Of a stretch of DNA of 32,174 bases, positions 27,901 to 32,174 are shown in pieces. This DNA is from a virus (lineage: Duplodnaviria > Caudoviricetes). A program made the translations under genes and the position numbers. The stretch spans positions 1 to 32,174 of IMG/VR virus record IMGVR_UViG_3300037484_000292. One strand, 5' to 3'. The notes under the pieces are model-generated. The model ran no database searches and was not told the origin of the DNA. It saw only the letters and a program-made list of their open reading frames with translations. How positions within the stretch are numbered: the stretch's first letter is position 1; each line of letters opens with the position of its first letter.

Positions 27901-28336
27901 AAGCCTTTAAAAATCCCCCGAAGGGGCGTCGGCTTAGAAACTTACCAAACATATCCGACCACATATTGCTATGATGTTTATAAGCAAACCTTTCGGTTGC
28001 AGTTAATCGAGGTCATCGAAGGTTGCCCCACTCGCTCGATCTCAGCCATGTCTGGCATGACCACTCAGTTTTTAAAGAGGTGTCTTCTTTTCCTCAGGTT
28101 TTCTTTGCTTGCATTTATCCGGCAGGTTTCCTCGCCATCGAATCAACGCTGCAAGTCGCGCGCCTTGCTTACGACACTTGCTTCGGACGCCCCCACATCT
28201 TAAGATGCTGTCTCGGCAATTCGCGCCGGTGTGATTGACTCACTGTGAAACTTTCCCTTAGACCCATCCGGCGCACTATCCATTATCTCAATCGCATTGT
28301 GTTGGTCTGCCTCCTTAACCTGGATTTAAAATACCC
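27901..28336 (-). ncRNA. Candidate large structured non-coding RNA (~430 nt), family unassigned
   Basis: No minus-strand ORF in the track; at least ten helices visible by eye, with GNRA/UUCG tetraloops on the minus strand; TATAAT at 28348-28343 just upstream. Confidence 0.7.
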
Positions 28337-28364
28337 AAAAAAATTATATTTGTAATCAATTTGC

Positions 28365-28535
28365 TTAATTGTAAAATTTATCTAAACGGTCATTTATAAA
28401 ATCTTTTCCAGCTTCAAATCCTTCTTCATATGCTTTTTTAAGAGCTTCATCTATAAAATAGGCCAATGATTTTGTATTTTCTTTCGCAAAATCCTGTTTA
28501 TAAAAATCAATTACAGTCCCTTGCGCTGTTTCCAT
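28365..28535 (-). CDS. 56-aa hypothetical protein
   Basis: METAQGTVIDFYKQDFAKENTKSLAYFIDEALKKAYEEGFEAGKDFINDRLDKFYN*; RBS AAGGAGA. Confidence 0.6.
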   Translation of the reverse strand: METAQGTVIDFYKQDFAKENTKSLAYFIDEALKKAYEEGFEAGKDFINDRLDKFYN

Positions 28536-28536
28536 A

Positions 28537-28719
28537 TTATTTCTCCTTTGGTACTGTTAAATCGTGTCCCTGCCCTGTTTTGTGATAATAGACGGTACAA
28601 TCTTTGTATTCACGTATGCCGTCATAGGTTTTATGACAAATTAGGCAGTTAGAAATACGACATAATCCCGTCGTATTCTGCACCATTTTATTTGTGCGGC
28701 GTTCTGCTGTGTTTGGCAT
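28537..28719 (-). CDS. Small Cys/His-containing hypothetical protein
   Basis: C-terminal part of ORF 28537-28791 (CRISNCLICH); start uncertain. Confidence 0.4.
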   Translation of the reverse strand: MPNTAERRTNKMVQNTTGLCRISNCLICHKTYDGIREYKDCTVYYHKTGQGHDLTVPKEK

Positions 28720-28726
28720 AACAATC

Positions 28727-29206
28727 TCACTTAATCTGTAAATTCCCTTGTTCAACCAGTTTTGCACCTTCAATCGCAATACCGGATTCAATTGCTTTTT
28801 TGATTGCTACCTTATCCGGTGTCACAACTTCTTTAACATTGCAATAAGTCATGTCTGCGAATCCTGGTATAATTTCAACGTGCTTTGATTTCCGTATCGA
28901 CAATTTGAATGTACCGGCCTCGATATTGCCTTCGTGCTGAATATAGGGTGTGAGATATTTCTTAATTGATTCTATCCTGTTGTCAGCTTTCTTTCGCATA
29001 TTATAAATGCGTTCTTCTTCCTGTTTGCATATATCAATACCGAGTTCAAGATTACGTACGTATTGACATAAATTTTCTATTTGCACCAAAGATTGAGTTT
29101 GTGCCTCGATAAGTTGCTGGAATTTATCTTCCGGTATCTCACCTTCGTTATGTTCTGCGATATATTCAATTTGCTTTTCGAGTTCGATCACGTTATACAG
29201 ATTCAT
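28727..29206 (-). CDS. Siphovirus Gp157-family protein
   Basis: MNLYN start, helical body, FKLSIRKS, PDKVAIKKAIESGIAIEGAKLVEQGNLQIK C-terminus. Confidence 0.85.
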   Translation of the reverse strand: MNLYNVIELEKQIEYIAEHNEGEIPEDKFQQLIEAQTQSLVQIENLCQYVRNLELGIDICKQEEERIYNMRKKADNRIESIKKYLTPYIQHEGNIEAGTFKLSIRKSKHVEIIPGFADMTYCNVKEVVTPDKVAIKKAIESGIAIEGAKLVEQGNLQIK

Positions 29207-30264
29207 GCTATTTTCTCCTTCTTTTCTTTTGTCCTGGATTTAACAAATCTTTTATGGCAATATGGACATTCGATTTCATCCAATGATTGTTTTTTAAGTT
29301 CTTCTTTCACTCTCGCAACTTCCTGCGATGCCTGCTGCTTTAATTTTTCCTCTCTCGCTTTGGCATCCTGTTTTGCTTTTTCATTGGCCGCCTTCTGTTT
29401 GGCAAGAATTTCTTCCTGTTTCTTCCGTTCGACTTCTGCTTCCATTTTTTGATCAGCAAGAATATTTTCCTGCTTTTCGCGCTCAAGTCTGGCTTTCCGA
29501 TCCGCAGCTTCTTTTTCTTTCTGCGCTTTTTCCTGAATAAGCCTTTTTTCTTCTTCAAGTTTTAATCGTTCAACGGTTGCCTTCTTTTCTTTTTCGATTG
29601 CCTCGATTTTTAATTTCTCGTTTTCGAGTTTTATCCGGTTTTGTTCTTCTGCTTCTAATTTTTCTATTTGAGCTTTCCTTATTTTTGCGCCTTCATAAGA
29701 TTTTTCAAATTTTTCGTCCGACATACAGATTAAATCTGTCCAATGAAAATTAATGTCCTTAAAAGTAAACTGTTGGCCTTCCCATTTTAAGCCTAATTCA
29801 AACATTTTATTTCTTCGTTCTGTCTGAGTCTTTTCTTTTCTCTCGTTTTCAATTCTCACGGCTTCTACTTTACGTTCGTTTTCAATCCTTTCCTGCTCTG
29901 CTTTTTCTGCTGCTTTAATCTCAATAAACTTTTCCTGTTTTTCCAGATATTCTTCAATGGGTTCGATAAGAGCTTTTAATACATTTGCAATTCCATCTAT
30001 CGCTTTGCCTTCCCTGAGTGCCTGCTCTTTTAGAGTCTTCCTTGCCTTTTCTACTTTGATTCTTTGCTCTCGTAAAAACAATCTGCCAACTCGTGCAATT
30101 TGCATATCAACAGTTTGGTTTTCATTGGTAACTATAATTGATTTTGCTTTCGTTTCCCATTCTGCGGCAATTTTAAAATAGTCGGTAAATTGAGTTAAAA
30201 TATAATCCGCTTTCGTTTGATCTAATCCACTTGTTTGTACAATTACCTGTAATTGATTTTCCAT
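29203..30264 (-). CDS. Coiled-coil phage protein with C-terminal CPYC motif
   Basis: RIKVEKARKTLKE...GKAIDGIA...IEPIEEYLEKQE, then a long E/K-rich coiled coil. Confidence 0.6.
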   Translation of the reverse strand: MENQLQVIVQTSGLDQTKADYILTQFTDYFKIAAEWETKAKSIIVTNENQTVDMQIARVGRLFLREQRIKVEKARKTLKEQALREGKAIDGIANVLKALIEPIEEYLEKQEKFIEIKAAEKAEQERIENERKVEAVRIENERKEKTQTERRNKMFELGLKWEGQQFTFKDINFHWTDLICMSDEKFEKSYEGAKIRKAQIEKLEAEEQNRIKLENEKLKIEAIEKEKKATVERLKLEEEKRLIQEKAQKEKEAADRKARLEREKQENILADQKMEAEVERKKQEEILAKQKAANEKAKQDAKAREEKLKQQASQEVARVKEELKKQSLDEIECPYCHKRFVKSRTKEKKEKIA

Positions 30265-31193
30265 TATGCTGCCCCCTGCATTCTTGTTAATTCAACGTCA
30301 AGTTCAGCAATCGACCAGTGACAGTTAGCGAATAAATTATATCGTTCTGCATCGGTCATATTTTTAACGGAAAACTTAAGGTCGTCATTTAGTGAGTTAT
30401 AGAAGTTGTTATATTGAACAAGCGGATCGACTTTTTCTTTCTTTGATTCCGGCTTTGTCGTTGCTTTTCCAAGTCTATCTGATTCTTCCATTTCTTCAGC
30501 AAAGGACGATTTACTTGTTTCGCGAGTAAAATCTTCAACATCCTGTGTAAATATATCACTTACGCCGGTTGCAGTGATAGTGGCAGATACTAAGGCTCTT
30601 TTATATGCCATCTTTAAGACTGTATTGTAAACATCTGCTATGTCTGTATTCTCAATACGCCCGACTTGCTGGCCTTCTATTTGTTGATCTCCGTCTTTAT
30701 ATTTTTGTCCGCATCCGCCTGTTTTTTTATAGCATAGCCAGCCACCGCCATATTCTTCTTTCCCTTTTATGATCGAGTCTTTCCTACATTCAGGACAAAG
30801 ACGTTTCCCTTCTCTATATCTGAATTTAGTTTCTTTAGTAGAACAAGAGCCTATTCCCTGTCCCCAAAATACGCCGGTTTCCTTGTGATATAATCCTATT
30901 GTTATTTCAACTTCTCTATGACAATCCCCTAGTTCACGCATTATTTTATCATCAATTTTAGGTACAAGTTTAAACAATAAGTCTAATTTTTCTGCCCCTG
31001 ATTTATATAGTGTTTCCTTTTTTGTACCCGGTATCATCCCATAATGTTCATCTTTAATCATTATTTGTTCATATAAATCATGTACCATATCGAATTGCTG
31101 TTTAACACTCGCTACCGTCATTGCGTTAGTGTTTATTATAGCAATATCTTTTCCGTTGCCATTATTTGTGTTGACATTCTGTGTGGTTTCCAT
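30264..31193 (-). CDS. Putative single-strand annealing/recombination protein with Zn-finger insert
   Basis: HYGMIPGTKKETLYKSGAEKL and NTVLKMAYKRALV...SDIFTQDVED motifs; CPEC...CYKKTGGC insert; near Gp157. Confidence 0.55.
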   Translation of the reverse strand: METTQNVNTNNGNGKDIAIINTNAMTVASVKQQFDMVHDLYEQIMIKDEHYGMIPGTKKETLYKSGAEKLDLLFKLVPKIDDKIMRELGDCHREVEITIGLYHKETGVFWGQGIGSCSTKETKFRYREGKRLCPECRKDSIIKGKEEYGGGWLCYKKTGGCGQKYKDGDQQIEGQQVGRIENTDIADVYNTVLKMAYKRALVSATITATGVSDIFTQDVEDFTRETSKSSFAEEMEESDRLGKATTKPESKKEKVDPLVQYNNFYNSLNDDLKFSVKNMTDAERYNLFANCHWSIAELDVELTRMQGAA

Positions 31194-31224
31194 AAACTAC
31201 TCCTAGATTATTTAATTTTGTTAG

Positions 31225-31259
31225 GGCTGTGGAAGTTAATGGCTTCCACAGCCTTTTTT
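31225..31259 (+). terminator. Intergenic hairpin with U-tract on the + strand
   Basis: GGCTGTGGAAG-N7-CTTCCACAGCC (11-bp perfect stem) followed by T6. Confidence 0.6.
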
Positions 31260-31261
31260 AT

Positions 31262-31651
31262 TTATGCCGTCACTCTTATTGAGTTCGGCAGCATCAACGC
31301 TTTTGCGGCTTTACGAGCTTCTTCCAGGTCTTTTGTCATCTCTCTGCGAAGGATTTCTATCTCTATGATCTTATCTTTTACTTCACTGATTTCTTCATCG
31401 TAAGATTCCAGTAGAATACGCACCGCCTCGCGCCTCATGTTTAAATCCAATAATTTATCAGACATTCTATCCTTGTCCTCGCATACTTGTAAAATCCCTT
31501 CTTCGAGTTCCTTAATAACGTCATCAACTCCCGGCTCTTCATCAATTTTATCTTTTGTGCCTTCATCTTCCTGATCTTCCGGATGCAATCTTTTTTTATC
31601 TAACTCATTGATTGCCTTACGCATCTTTTTTAAATCGTACAACTTTGCCAT
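31262..31651 (-). CDS. Hypothetical coiled-coil protein
   Basis: Start moved to MAKLYDLKK (RBS GGAGG, TAATG overlap). Confidence 0.6.
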   Translation of the reverse strand: MAKLYDLKKMRKAINELDKKRLHPEDQEDEGTKDKIDEEPGVDDVIKELEEGILQVCEDKDRMSDKLLDLNMRREAVRILLESYDEEISEVKDKIIEIEILRREMTKDLEEARKAAKALMLPNSIRVTA

Positions 31652-31818
31652 TATCGACCTCCCAATGATTTTTTTGAAACTGCTGTTTGTGCTTCCGGTT
31701 TGACCTCCTTTTTTAATGGAATGAAAAACGTCTTTTGGTTTTTGCCACATCTGAAGCCAAACACACGCGGCATATCAAATTTGTAATAACCGGATATAGT
31801 TTGATTTATCACTTTCAT
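31651..31818 (-). CDS. 55-aa hypothetical protein
   Basis: MKVINQTISGYYKFDMPRVFGFRCGKNQKTFFIPLKKEVKPEAQTAVSKKSLGGR*; coupled at both ends. Confidence 0.5.
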   Translation of the reverse strand: MKVINQTISGYYKFDMPRVFGFRCGKNQKTFFIPLKKEVKPEAQTAVSKKSLGGR

Positions 31819-31988
31819 GCAATTATTTCCTCGATATATTCATGTCTCTTTAATGCTGCCAACATGCCCCTGTGATTTATTACAGCTTCATCATTCAGCG
31901 TCCAGGTATCGTATTGCTGTTCCTTAGCTTCCATGTTACGTAAAACTGATTCAACGAAAGGATTGATTGTTAAGAGTTTGATTGTCAT
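31815..31988 (-). CDS. 57-aa hypothetical protein
   Basis: MTIKLLTINPFVESVLRNMEAKEQQYDTWTLNDEAVINHRGMLAALKRHEYIEEIIA*. Confidence 0.45.
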   Translation of the reverse strand: MTIKLLTINPFVESVLRNMEAKEQQYDTWTLNDEAVINHRGMLAALKRHEYIEEIIA

Positions 31989-31992
31989 AGAT

Positions 31993-32174
31993 TTACCGGA
32001 TTATTTTATTTTTAAATTCATCCGGTAGTGTAATACCCTTGAGATCACAGCCTCTAAGATCGAGATAGCCGCCCATGGATGTCGGTAGTGTAATACCCTT
32101 GAGATCACAGTCTCTAAGATAGAGAGAGCCGCCCATGGATGTCGGTAGTGTAATACCCTTGAGATCACAGTCTC
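31993..32174 (-). CDS. C-terminus of a 20-aa leucine-rich-repeat protein (partial)
   Basis: ...DCDLKGITLPTSMGGSLYLRDCDLKGITLPTSMGGYLDLRGCDLKGITLPDEFKNKIIR*. Confidence 0.75.
   Translation of the reverse strand, partial: DCDLKGITLPTSMGGSLYLRDCDLKGITLPTSMGGYLDLRGCDLKGITLPDEFKNKIIR
32023..32174. repeat. 60-bp tandem repeat (at least 2.5 units, truncated by the window)
   Basis: Units start at 32023, 32083 and 32143 with CGGTAGTGTAATACCCTTGAGATCACAG. Confidence 0.95.

Noticed and set aside
27898-28238. + strand ORFs of 101 aa and 71 aa over the structured interval
   Set aside because: TTG starts without RBS, opposite to all other genes, atypical composition; better explained by the locally higher GC of a structured RNA.
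27901-28336. Self-splicing intron or tRNA explanation for the structured region
   Set aside because: It does not interrupt a recognisable gene and I could not find group II domain V, group I core motifs or a cloverleaf by eye; a covariance search is needed to exclude formally.
328-31403. Numerous + strand ORFs in the track (e.g. 12702-13241, 17020-17529, 29081-29452)
   Set aside because: Antisense shadows of well-supported minus-strand genes; low-complexity Phe/Ser-rich translations.
32023-32174. Regular repeats resembling a CRISPR array
   Set aside because: The would-be spacers are near-identical, the period is exactly 60 bp and the unit translates as an open LRR frame; no cas genes.
1-32174. 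Diversity-generating retroelement or alternative genetic code
   Set aside because: No reverse transcriptase or adenine-mismatched TR/VR pair seen, and genes are intact and densely packed under the standard code.

Overview
A 32 kb internal segment of a tailed dsDNA phage or prophage with a contractile (myovirus-type) tail. All credible genes lie on the minus strand. Read in the direction of transcription (right to left), the modules are: (1) the 3' end of a 20-aa leucine-rich-repeat protein and small early ORFs; (2) recombination genes (putative ssDNA-annealing protein, coiled-coil protein, Gp157); (3) a ~430-nt GC-richer, ORF-poor, highly structured interval that looks like a large non-coding RNA; (4) replication initiator with iterons, DnaB helicase and a cytosine-methyltransferase-like gene; (5) nin-like accessory ORFs (NinB-like, PD-(D/E)XK nuclease, HNH); (6) small and large terminase; (7) an inserted glycosyltransferase/methyltransferase/glycosyltransferase cassette; (8) head genes (portal, gpF-like protein, protease/scaffold, decoration protein, major capsid); (9) neck, sheath, tube, a chaperone with a -1 frameshift, a short tape measure, baseplate, and the start of a tail fibre. 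No integrase, repressor, lysis genes, tRNA or CRISPR array were seen. The best candidates for new biology are the putative large ncRNA (~27900-28336) and the GT9-MTase-GT9 cassette inside the packaging/head operon. All product calls come from motif recognition and synteny, not database searches.
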